Shown here in pieces: positions 14,252 to 27,169 of a stretch of 64,000 bases of DNA. The stretch covers positions 3,057,346 to 3,121,345 of the forward strand of contig NW_002060950.1 of NCBI RefSeq assembly GCF_000150275.1, given 5' to 3'. Below the pieces are notes generated by a model. The model made no database searches. It saw nothing but the letters and a program-made list of their open reading frames with translations, and was not told where the DNA came from. Origin of the DNA: Trichoplax adhaerens (taxonomy: Eukaryota; Animalia; Placozoa). Each line of letters begins with the position of its first letter. Positions within the stretch are counted from its first letter, which is position 1. The translations under genes and the position numbers were made by a program.

Positions 14252-14964
14252 ACAAAAGTCATGCTATAGAGGTGGATCTGCTGGGGTAAACCTATTTTAA
14301 TTTCAATACTAGGGAGCTCTGTAGATCGGATCTCTTACATTTAGTATAGAGCGGGATGAGAATTAAAAAGCAATTCTTTATTGAGTACCTACTTCTACAG
14401 GTAATGATAAGCTAGTAATTTTAACCTAATTAAAGTCGCCTATTCAGTTTTATCCGCTTACTGCCAAGTTAATAATTCATTCTATTTGGCTAAATTCTCA
14501 CTCTAACTTATCAATTTTAGTTACTATTGTAAAAAAGTAGATGACTCGGTTTATGAGCTCCTGTTAGTCGCAATGCCTTCAAATTTGTACTGCAGTGAGT
14601 TAAATAAATCTCTGAGCGTTTACAACCCTCAGAAACCCCGTACTAAATCGTTTCTATGACTAGTATCCTAATTCTCGAACAAAAGCTGTCCATCGCAGTG
14701 TAAAATATCCCAATTTATTTCCAAGCAAGCGCGAACATTTTCTCCTACATCTAAATCGAATTTTACATTTATAGAAATCTTTAGACTAAGATAACCTAAA
14801 TTTGCATAGATGAGTTATCCATTTACATACTGGCAACTCATGCAAAATGCTTCAAATACCCCTTTACTAAATCTTCAAATCATTTAATTACTTATATATT
14901 TCAATAGTATAAGCATTAACAAAGAGTAAAAGTGCAAGCCTTTAGTATAACTCGGTTTTATCTA

Positions 14965-15355
14965 GTCTAAGTTGGATCCATTGATTCGGTAAAGCAAAAG
15001 AGAATAGTATCATATTACTATTCTGTAATCCGCTCCTCGATTTAATTATATCTATGTTCGATCAATTGATTAAGATAAGAAAAGCAAAATAGGAAGGCTT
15101 TATATTTCTTTTCTGCAGCCCATTACTTAATTTTGTCTAAGCTTGATCTTTCATTGCGAAAAGCGAAGATTGATGGTATGCTATTGCTATTCTGTAATCC
15201 ATTTCAGGATTTAATCGTGCTATAGCTTGATCATTCAATTGAGAATGCAAAGAGGATACTATTGAATAGCTATTCTGCAGTCCATTGCTCGATTCTAACG
15301 TACATTCGTGTCTAAACTTGATCGATTGATTCAGCAAAGCTAAAGAAGATAATGT
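14965..15355. repeat. Diverged ~80-90 bp tandem repeat, about 4 units
   Basis: Recurrent ttctg(t/c)a(a/g)(t/c)cc at ~15020, 15111, 15190 and 15273, each followed by an (aagc)ttgatc...aaagc-like block. Confidence 0.6.
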
Positions 15356-15474
15356 CTCACTACCGTTCTATAATTCATCATTTGGTTTTATTATGTTTAA
15401 GTTTGAATAACAGTCAAATAATGAGGAAAGTAAAAGATCAAAAACAAAGAAAAGAAATTAGAGAATTACTTCAT

Positions 15475-15531
15475 GAATAACAAGCATGGTGAATAAAGAA
15501 TAACAAGCATGGTGCATAATGAATAACAAGC
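15475..15531 (+). repeat. 23-bp minisatellite, 2.5 units
   Basis: gaataacaagcatggtgaataaa / gaataacaagcatggtgcataat / gaataacaagc. Confidence 0.8.
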
Positions 15532-16481
15532 GTTATATATGGTGCTTAATTGTAGTAAATAATTATTCAAGGAATGTGCATACGTCGGCACATTTTTTAA
15601 ATAAATATTAATTAATCTTCTCTGATCGTGAGCGAAGTGACTGCTTTAGTGGAATTCAAGCCTAATGATGGAGTGCAGTAATGTTTGATTGATTTTATGA
15701 TTTACATTATTCCAAATTATATCGTTAAAATATGAGCCATATACAGTGGTGCTATCCATTAAAATCACTTGCATAGATAGCGTAGATCTCATTTTATCTG
15801 CTATTGGTGGTATTTTACTTTCACTAAGAAGCGTCATAAATCATTGTATTTTTGCTATCCCCATATTTTGTTCTCCCAGTTAGCCATGTTAAGTTTTACA
15901 GTGCTTGATCGATCGTTATAGATGATGTTGATAGCGGCAATCAACGTCTTATTTATAACTGGCAGTAATAAAGATGAGAATAAAAGCTAGACACTAGCTA
16001 TTAAACACGAATTATAGTCGAATATCAAAGTCCATCTTGCCAGCAGAGATTTCTTTGGAAACTGTTTGTGTGAAACTATATTTAACACCTTGGCAGTAGC
16101 CAAGATGTGTTTGGTGCTGGCATAAAGAAATTTTCAAACCCCTTGCTAATCAAGTGATTGTTCAAGATATATATTTTAACGTTTCAATATTAACTGTACT
16201 ATGTGAACAGCGCAGTTTCTGTTGAAAATTAGAAACTTGTGAGGACTAAGTTCGCGGACTAGTACGGACAGTACTGTAGACATTTGTAGATACTATCATT
16301 TACTTTGGATGGCAATATAATAAGACAACAAGATTCAATTGTTAGTCAATAGACGGTACCATCAGAAAGAAGACGACAGGAGAGGATAGATCTTTTATGG
16401 CGAGTTAGTTAAAGATCAGTTTTATTAAGGTTGGCCAGTAGGATTGTCAGTCGCGATTAATCTAATTAAAAAAATTCGTCA

Positions 16482-19400
16482 ATGATGAATAAATCAGGTG
16501 AGATCTTGCAAGGATGCTACAACATATTAATGGATGCTTTATGGTGCATCACATCTATTTTTTAATAACTATGCTGGTTATTTTTGACCTTTTCTAGGTG
16601 GGGTTAGCGGTAATAGTGACGGAAAAGAGAATGAGTTTTCTTTAAGGTGGTTGGAGGATGTGTTCGAGCAAAGTAAGGGTTATACTGGTGCAAATGAAAA
16701 AAACGAAAATAAACAACAGAAAGATCCTAAACTTATAGAAAATATGACTAAAAAAGAAGAAATTCAAAGACAAACATCAAATGATATATTAAGTAAGGAA
16801 ATGATTCATCAACCAGGGAATATCAGCACGAACAACAGTGATAAGGATATCTCTCCTTCGATACCGCTGCATTTATTAGATGATGTAATAGATCAAAATG
16901 AAAACAGTACTAGTGGAAAAAATATTGCTTGTAGGGAAATATCCAAAGAGACTACTAAGCAAAAACATACACACGAAACCTACATAGATGACATAATAAA
17001 CGAAATAACCGATACTACAACCAGGCTGGATAAAGTCAAGGGTACGAACAGTTTGGGCGGCCAAACATTGGCTCAGACTTGTACTGAAATGGCCACTTGT
17101 CAAGATCGTAACGCTATTTTTACAGGAGATGAAAACTTGGGGAAAGCAAGAAGTGGTGTAGAAAACTTGAAAAATAGGGATAATTTGCTACCATCTTTAA
17201 AAGAAAACAGCATCGAGGATCGAAGTAATGCCCCAAAGTTGGTAAAGGGTAAACTATTAGACTCGCAATTAGATGCAATGGACACTGTTATGAAGAAAAC
17301 AGCACATACTGAAATGAAAACCCCAAACGTCGATGTAAAAGATGCAATACTAATGGCTATAGAGACTGAATATAAGGACGTCAATTTAGATCCAAATTTT
17401 CGAGCTATGCCTACAAGTTTAAAGGATTCTGCTAAGAATATTGATGAGATGAATGTCAAGACAGGACAGTCATCAAACCAATTAATCACAGAGAATAATC
17501 TAATTGCACAGTCTTTGGACGGTATGATTAAAGATATCCAGAGTAACATCGATAATAACTCTAATCAAAAAACGAAGCTCATTCTCGCTAATGAAAAATG
17601 TCAAAAGGATGTGAGCGAAACAAGCAGCGATAATGACCATGTAGGCAAACTTGGTACTGTACAAGATAGTGAAAATCAAGCCGGAAGTGATGGTAAAGAT
17701 GATAAATCAATAATCATAGATGGATCTACCCAGGTGGCCAGTCATCATTCCATTCCAGATTTATCTAAATTGGATCTTGAAGGAAGGGAAGAGATCGATC
17801 ATGATGTCAGATTTCTTGTAGATGAAATAAATACAGATATTCTGGATTTGGACAAAACCATCGTAGAAGGGGATGCTACAGCTCAGAAAATTGAAGAGAG
17901 AACAGACGCTTTTGAGAAGGATAAATTTAAAGTTAATGATAGTTCTAATAATGAAGATAGGAAATGTGATACAAAGCTAGACCTGGCAGATACAGAAGTA
18001 TCCGGCAATAAAGGAAAACAAAAACTAGTTGACCAACAGTCGGTTCATCAAGACCTAACTGTAGAATCGTCGAACTTATCGGAAACGTTGGACAACCTTT
18101 TAGCGACTGATTTTGATCAATCGAAAATCAGCCACGATCAAAAAGTATCAGCTAAACAGCAAAGAAAATCTATTGATAAATCGAAATCGGTTAGACATGG
18201 ACAAACTCAAGATTTTAAAGCTAGGTCGATCAATAACAGTAAAGGAATTGTAGAAAGGCACGATCGTGTTAGAGCTAAATATTCACAAGAGAAAATATCT
18301 ACAAAGACTAACAAGCTAAAAGGTGATCAGAAAGTTTGTATGTCATCGGCAGAAGTTGTGTTACTTCGGCAACTTGGATTACAAGAAAAGTTACTATGTA
18401 TGGGCTTCAGGGCCGATGTAAAAGCTACAGGAAATCAGTATACGCTGATGACGAACATGAATAATCCTAAAGCACCTAGGGAACAGCTGGCAGCCATTAA
18501 AAATAGTCAAGATGGTATATCGGCCAATTTATCCGCTTTCCTACGTCAGTATTCTCATTTAATCAATGATATCAATAGAATTTTGCGAAATAAACGAATT
18601 TTAGCTGGAGTCTATCTTGATAATGAGGCAGTCTTTGTTATTGGAATCAATAATGAGGAATACGATAAAGCAGTTGCCTTCCTGAAAGAACAGTATCAAA
18701 CCAAAGAGTTTAAACTTCATTACAAAAAAAATCTACTGGAAGATTGGACTAATGTTCATCAATATTTCACTCATAAATTTGCACACTATCATCGAGTTTT
18801 CGTCGACTTTTGCATTAATACCATCGATAAGACTGTTAATACTACCGTTGTAGGAGTGCTTAATGAAATAGACTATGTTGTCAGTAAAGCTAAGAAGTAT
18901 CTAATGGTATATAAGGGTAATGCCCATCATCATACATCCTTTGACGATCGATTCGATGAATTTGTGATTGGTAAAATGAAATTATTAAAAGTTGAATTTC
19001 TTCAACGCTTTTGTAACGATGATTTAATGGCAATACAGAATCGCTATCAATGTCAAGTTTTATTTGAAGCAAACAAGGGAGAAAGTAGCAGTGAGGATAG
19101 TAAAGTAATAATCAAATATCGCCATAGCCAAATATCGACAGCCATTAGTCAGATTGATGCGGAAATTCGTTCCATTCCAGTGGTTTGCAAATCAATTTCG
19201 GTTGGAAAGAGTCAATTTTCAAAAATTTTACGCTACGTTATTTCAGAAAAGGATAAAGGAAAACTGGCTAATTTAAAAGACAGCCTGCAATTCTCCATTG
19301 ACGTTGCTGATGTCCAAATTCGCAGGTATGTCTAGAATGATCTGTAAACAATCGAGCATATTTTAATCAATAAATATATCTAGAAATACGTGTAAATAAA

Positions 19401-22400
19401 TAGCATCAAGAATAATCTTCTAAATAGGAGGATATTTAGAATGACTTGTAAATTATCAAGAATATTTTGTGTGATTCTTTTTAAAGTGTACGTTCTCAAT
19501 CTCGTGGTACGCCTGATTTATAATAGGATAACCAAGGAGAATTCTAAACTTCGTGCTCCAGCGTGGAAGAAAGTAAATCGAGGACTACGGGTAACGTGCC
19601 CTTCATTGAAGTATAATAATACATCTTTTTCACAACAGGCATCTTCATTCACGTACCTGCCTAGCAAAATGTCCTCGATGCTATTGCTTAATAAACTCTC
19701 ACCGTCAACCTTTTCAAGCTGGTCGTGTAACGTACCAATTATAGATGATAATCAAAAGATTGATTTCAATGGTAAAGTTATTACTGTTTTGAAAAGGCCA
19801 CTACAAGCTATAAGTAATAATGTAAGTATCGACAAGATTTCACGAAGATTTATACGCTGAATGGTTGAATTGCGGCTAGGATAGATTCTATAGAATAAAC
19901 TAAATTTAAATCTTTATATTTCTCTCTTCGGTATCTTGTACATTAGTTCGATGTCATCGTAAATTCTATAATGTTATGGAATTATAGCGCTGGACAAATT
20001 GCATCAGCTTTATATCAATCTGGTGGCGCTGCATACCGACTTGAATGTCAGAGGAAATTATATACATTAAGTACGACAAGTATAGGTTGCACAAGTGGCG
20101 TTCACTTCGGATGTCAATACGTCTACCATATTCCATTTCTAAGTTCTTCTAGGCACTTATCGGTAAGCTGATTCATTTGCATAAGTAAGTGATCTTAATT
20201 AAACTTCAATCCTGATACTGAAACTTTTCATGGTAGTGGTTAAAGCCTAAAATTGGCGAATGCTTACGAAAAGCTAGTAAACAGTCTATGCAATCCATGG
20301 CAATACCAGCGATTGGTGCTGGCCACGTTGGTATTAAAGCGCAAGATCTTGCTAGAGAAATGATATCCACCACTTGTAAATATTTGTTAAAAAATGCTGA
20401 TACAAGTTTGAATGTCATTGCTTTTGTCATTTTGGATCAAGACATCTACGATGCGTACACGAAATCGATCGATGCTGCTCAGATTGAGCTGAATTCATAT
20501 TGCCAAGAGAGTAACTTCTCTACGAATCAACTAGATAATGGATTGGTTGATCAGATAACTAAATGCAAGAAAATTCCGGGTAAAATTGAAGAGGAAAAGC
20601 TCGATACACTATTAACAGTAACCTCAGAAAGCAATGCCAAATTATCTTGCAATTTCTGTTTTGGAGTAATGCATGCTGTACAAACATCAGCAGTCATTAA
20701 TACAACTCATATCTGCCATCTTCATCAATCAGAAGATCATTTATCAGCAAGACTAGATTCCACTGTCAAAAACCATTGCTTAGAGAGTATTCATGTGGAT
20801 AAAAGCACACAAAGTGACTGTAGCATTTTTAAAGTTTGTCCATATGGCCTGATTGATGATTTCGGCTCTTTGTTAGCTTGCGTCAATGCTAATGAAAACA
20901 CGTCGATATCATGTCCTCTTGCCAGTACAGAAATCACCGAAGAAGATATCAAATTACTCATTCAAGCTATCTATCTATTCTTAGATAGTCATAAGAAATC
21001 AGGAATTAGTCTTCAACGTATTGATTTTATCACTGGAAATAGAGAATTAGCATATGAGATTGCGAGTTGGGCACAGCACCAGTTCGAGAATGCACACAAA
21101 TCTTATTCAGATTATACAATCGCATGGCAGATAACTCGGCCATTTTCCTACAACAATTTTGGCAAAAATGTTACCATTGTAGCTAGTCGGTATGAAATTA
21201 TTGAGCAAATTGAATCACTATTAGCAAGTTACGCTCCAAGTTGGACATGTGTTGTTTTCGCTGAAGAAGATATGCTTGGATATGATGAAGAAACTTGGCA
21301 TGCACTAATTCAAGATTGGTGGTGCCACCACAGTACCTTAATGATCAGAAATACAAATACAAAACAACTGCAAATCTACGGCTATAAAAATGACATCTTC
21401 ACAACCTATAGCAATTTTCAAAAATCATCCAGCCTGAAAACATATCAGTCAGCTATGGAGGAGAACAGAAAAGAACTTTTGGAAACTGTTCAATGGAATG
21501 TCAATATCAAACAAGCTGTGCATCAATTTGATCTTGTAATGAATTATCAGCTTGAAATAGATTATCAAGCATATTTGAACGATAAAACAAAATCAAACGT
21601 TATTTTAGATGGTAAATCAATCGATTTTATCAGGATGGCAATTACAGTGGATACTGGAATGTCTTATCCAATCTGGCGCAAGTTTGCATTGGAAGGTTAG
21701 TCAATCCGCCTACTCTTAAAATAAGCCTTGATTAACTATTCGCTTTAACGTAGCACGTAAATGTCCATATGCAATCATTTAGTGAAGACACGAGTTTGTC
21801 TCAAAACTTTTCAATCTGCTATGCACTCATTATCAAGGCACAAAATAGAAAACAGCTTCACATATTCATAGAAACTACGATCATACTGCTATTTAACTTT
21901 ATACGTAAACGAATTGGAAAAATTGGGTATATCTCCTATCACTTTTAATTTACTTATAGTAGGTTAAATAGTAAGTTCAAAATAATGATCACTTTCTAGA
22001 TTTTGGTTGTGCAAAGGTCTCAATCTTGCTGCTGGAAGAATTTACGATACTTCGAAATCATTTAAACATGATATTGAAATAAAAAAAAAAATTTACAATG
22101 GCTAAGATTGCAAAAAAATGCGTAGTTTAGGATGGCATTCTATAGTCTCCCTTTGATCGTAACATGTAATTACTCATATGTTACAATGTCGAGACCTCGC
22201 ATATTGTTTATACCGTATCAATAGTTTTAATTACTTAATGAGTAATAGTCAAGCTACTAAATAGCGTGTAATATTAGATTATCTTTCTTCCAGCATTTCA
22301 TGAAGTTTAAACATACTTTGATTTTGCGAATCAAAAATTGCATTTAGATTGTTTTAAGATTTTGGCAGATTTCTTTTAGTTAAGATCAGTTAAAATTTCC

Positions 22401-23357
22401 CTTAATTTTGATTTTGCGAATCATGACCTTGAGTTTGACTAATTTAAAATCTTGTACATTATTAATGCAACCTGTTAGTGTGCACCGATGTCAAAGTCGA
22501 ATATATCGTTGCAGATTAATTAATTAATGCAGTTCTTATTAAATCCAACAGACCCTACAGATAGTTTAAAATCTGGCTTACGAATGTTTCAATTCTGTTA
22601 TATTAAATTATCTAACTTTCCAAATGAATTTGATATATCAATAGATTCATTACCAGCAAGTTGGCAATCAGCTGAAGCAGATACCCAGAAAGATGAACTG
22701 AAATTAATAGTGGAAGTGAGGAATCAGGCAGAAATACAAGAAATTTCCGAACTAGTGCGAGCTAAAGGAATAGATCTAATAAAATTACAGCGTATCCAAA
22801 ATAGGAATCTGTACCGGAGGTATCAGCTACAGAAAGCAGAAGTAACACAAGACGTACAGCAATATCAGCCAGGAACTGTAATTGAAAGGCGATTATTCCA
22901 CCGGACGAATGAGAATAATGTGAATAGTATTTGCAAATCCGGCTTTGATCGAGATTACTCCGGTAAATCTCATGGTAGGTTCAGCTTAAAATAAGAGTTT
23001 TTATCAATGTTAGCATTGATAGATGAGTAGAGCACACTCATTTATGTAGGCTCAAATTAGAAACAATTTACTAAATTTTGTCCAATATATCTACGATTAG
23101 GATCCGCATTAGGAAATGGAACTTACTTCGCCACTGAACCATCCACTACCGTCGGCTATGGGCGTACATTAATTCTGGCTCGCGTACTTACCGGCATCTG
23201 CAATACTTCTGGTAATGTCCGTAATTTGCAATATATTCCAGGCAGTCAGAATAAAAGAATTCATTCTGTAGTGAATAGCTTGTTAAATCCTACAGTATTT
23301 GTAATATTTAACGACAACGCTGCATATCCGGAATATATATTACATGTTCGGCAATAA
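16482..23357 (+). CDS. PARP14-like: PARP14-like paralog C (~1766 aa): long low-complexity N-terminus, KH-like region, 2 macrodomains, KH-like, WWE and ART domain with H-R-T
   Basis: Predicted exons 16482-16497 (ATG micro-exon, tentative), 16598-19325, 19527-19821, 19947-20162, 20237-21695, 22645-22974, 23101-23357; total 5301 nt, open throughout. Macro: FDVIVNS..HFGCQYVYHIP..MAIPAIGAG. WWE: VQWNV..FDLVMNYQLE..IDFIRM..YPIWRK. ART: LPASW..LQRIQNRNLYRRY..ERRLFHRT..GFDRDYSGKSHGSALGNGTYFA..ARVLTG..NPTVFVIFNDNAAYPEYIL. Confidence 0.88.
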
Positions 23358-26300
23358 GGTCACAAATAGCCTCTAATTGTAATGCTTACTCAAATGTAAA
23401 GGCTGTATCAGCTCTCTTTCGTCAAATTAATGAATCACCACCATATTAAGATTTCGTTGTAATTGTGCTTTCATATCTTCGAATTATTTTGCTCACACAT
23501 ATTAATGGCTTTAGCCTTAGTTTGTACGACCTAAAATCTTGAAATAGTAATAGGACAATTTGTCCTGCCTAGGATGAGAGAGTTAAATTATACTAACGCG
23601 ATTGTTAATACGTAAATTAGGCCTAATTAAAACCTTAACTTTAGTATTTGACTTTACCATTTGATGCATTGCCTATATTTGTATCTATGATGCTTACAAA
23701 GCTTCAAATTTCGTTACTTAATCTCCAATTTTGTAAATATTTTAGGATATACATGTTTTGCACAGAGTATCTGCTTATAATTAATATCTAAGCCTATTTA
23801 CTGAGCATCGTATTATTTTGAACCAGGCCGTAATATAATGTTCATTTCTTTGTACTAGTTAATGATCATATTCTATTCAATAAAGCAGCTGACAAGATTT
23901 TATGAGCAGATGGAATTTACTAGCACGCGATAATACGAGTATCGAAATTGCTCATTCAGCTCATTCTACATCAGTAATGATATAATGTGTACGAATACAG
24001 TAAGAATGTAAATAAAAAGGCAAGCTATGTAAATTGTCATTAAAGTACGCACATTGAGGCATGATCTGTTTCCAAATCTCAAAAATTTCATAGATTTATT
24101 AGTTTCAATTATTTTGATAGATAAGATAGAATCTGTCTCCAAAGCAGTTTCGTAATTGGCTCGCAGATGGAGACTGCATTCAAATCTTACAACAATTTAC
24201 AAGTTTGTCATATCTGTGGATATGATTAGCACTACTCGAATGTGATTCTTTTGATCATCCTTTAAAATGTTTTAAAATTAATGTTGGAGATTGATTCTGA
24301 ATTTACTTGTAATCTATGTTAAACGAAACCAAAAGAAAATAGTTTGATTCAACACTTTCAGATAACATTACATAAATTATTAAGGCATCAAGGCTCGATT
24401 AGAATGAGTTGTTGATTAGGAAGAATTCGAACATCCTTTGATTCTATCACAAAGCAAAAAATCCAGTTCTTTACAATCTATTTAAGAATAGGCTATTTAC
24501 TAAGATTCGAAATTATCGGATTGTACTAAAATAGATGAATTAAACGTTTCATTGTAAGCTTAAGATTTAAAATTATAGAATTATACAAAAACGGATGAAT
24601 TGAACAAGTGATTGTAAAATTAAACATTTAATTGAATCAATTTCGTACAACCGTATAATTTTAAATCTTGAGCTAATTTGGTACTGCACTGAATCATGAT
24701 AGAATACACGCATGATCTCTCGTAACTCCGATAGATATCTTCTAGATATTAAGAATATCAACTTAGTTTAATAAATTTGGTTTTGATGCCAGACAAAATC
24801 TACGTCAAAAAATTTGAAAAATTCTTTTCTATTTTTGTCTAAACAGACAAAATTCTATCATAGAATTACAATTTAGCATCGAATAAACAGAAAGAATTGA
24901 AGCATTGCCTTATTTAACCCACTATTTGCAGTCTCATTTGTATGTGTATTCATTGTGTAGTAGATTAGCCATCCTATTAGCAGCTATTGCTATTACCTTC
25001 CAATATTACAGCAATTGTACTTGTCACGACTGCAAGTTAAACTTAAAAAAAAATTTCCTTTATTTACACGTTACCAACGAGCAACAACACACAGCAAATT
25101 GCCAAAAAGCAATTTAATGACTTATTCAAATTTAACATAAGCCGAAGTCTCCCTTTTTTCTCTATCCCCTTTTATACAATTATAGTTAATATATCAATAC
25201 TCTATATTTGTAAGATAAGTTAATGAAACCACGACAACAGTAAATAAGTTTTAAAACATAATCTCACGACAGTAATTATCCCTAAATGGTAAATATAACA
25301 AGTAATAATCCTTAATATGGAAATCAATTAAACTTAACAGCACTATTCTACTGTAAGATAGACGTATAATGAGAAATAACTTAAGCAGACTAGAAGTTGC
25401 ACTATTAGTTATACTAGTGCAAACTCCCGTCGCTTTGCTGATTCATATGTTGCCTTTACATAATAATTATCTATTTACACTCGAATCATCGAAACTGTGT
25501 ACGTCCTTATTTAAAATTGAATCAATTTTATACAATTCTATTCAATAGCATTTAATTCTGTTGTTGATTTTAACTACCTATAGCATTAGTTTCTATACAA
25601 GTCGCATAAATTAATAGAACGATGAATAGACGAGAGAGAATAGAAATGACATAGAAAGCTTTTATGATAATCATTTTGTTATAGAAGAGAAATAACATAT
25701 TACATTAAGGCAGTAGTAGCGCGAGCTTAAGTTTTCAAGGCAGTATAATAATCAAGATCTCATAGCTTGTATTCTTTGTGGCAAATATTACTCATCGTAG
25801 CTATTAAGACTCATTAAAGGTAGCGTATTTCAACATGATCTACCTCAACGGTCTCCATTAGCTTCACTTTAGAACAATCATAATTGTTTTTGATAACACG
25901 CATGGAATTTTGCCCTTAACATTGATTTAAATTAATTTTTCGACTTTGAACTTGGTTCACCAGAATGACTTATAGAAAGAATTTCTATGTTATTGATTAT
26001 CGAAACTTAAACGACGACAGTTAACGATTGAAAGCATCTAAGAATCGAGAAAGTTGTTTCTGCCGAAGAATAAAAGGTAACTATTTGCTATAATTAATCG
26101 CTGAGCATCTCTTTTACTTAAATAACGACATTTAGCAATAGAAAGTACGTAGGAATGAAGAATGCATTTTTATCTTAGGTTAGAACTTAATTATTTGCTA
26201 GTAATCAATTTCTAAGCATCACTTAAAGGTTTAAAAATTTTTTTGCCTTAAATGTGATTATTTAATCAAGACAATTTCGATCGCTGCTTGTTATTGAACT

Positions 26301-27169
26301 AATTTACCGCTCCCTTGAGTGAATGATTATTTATACAAACTTGTTCCAATCATTTTATACCCAATTTGAAAATATAGTACAGCAGTAAAGATTGTTCGGT
26401 TTGAAACTGCAGCATTAATTCTATTCAATTGAAGAATAGAGTACAGTAGTGAAAACTGTTCGCTTTTACTTGAATTATCAATTTAACTAATTTATAATTA
26501 TAAGTGACGATTCAGAAGGTAATAAATCCTACATAGTCAAAACTGGTTACTTCATTTTTGTAATTTTAACAAAAGTGAATACTTCAAAACACTTTAGCGT
26601 CGAGTGCTGTAATTTTATCAATGATGGGAAAATTTTTAATAATATAGGAAAAAAGCTTTATCCCAGCATACTTATTTTACTCAATCTAAGTGTAAAAATA
26701 TTATTGAGACAGCAAAATACGTAGCCAATTGATTAAACTAAATAGCATACAATGACTAATATTTGAAATTCGATAAATTACTGTGTGTATAACTGGAGAT
26801 CCAATGCTTTGAGCTGGTGCTGAAGTTTGTATCTTTCAATTGGTAAGGTAGCAAACATATTAGGATCATAAATGAATAACAAGAATAGAGAGGCTGTAGT
26901 TGGGTGTGATGAAATTCATCTAACCGTTTAAATGGATGTGTGTTAACTTCAAGTTACATTTTATGGGGATCTCATTGGCATACTTAGCTAATTTAACGAC
27001 TACTTTGAGCGAAAGAGAATCATGAAACAGGCTACAACACTTAATAACGCCAAGTAAGAGCATTCATACCATTTATATTAGTGTATAGAGTGAGATTTCA
27101 CTGACATTACACTGTTCTAAATCTTGATAGAATAAGTATGGTGATGACTAAGAGACTTTGCTCCAAGGA

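Noticed and set aside
15475-15531. Short direct repeats resembling a CRISPR array
   Set aside because: Only 2.5 units with ~7-nt, mutually similar separators, no cas genes, and a eukaryotic context; a minisatellite.
15646-15837. 63-aa minus-strand ORF
   Set aside because: No motif, no supported splice partners.
16876-17549. Minus-strand ORFs of 75 and 149 aa
   Set aside because: Antisense shadows of the large exon of paralog C.
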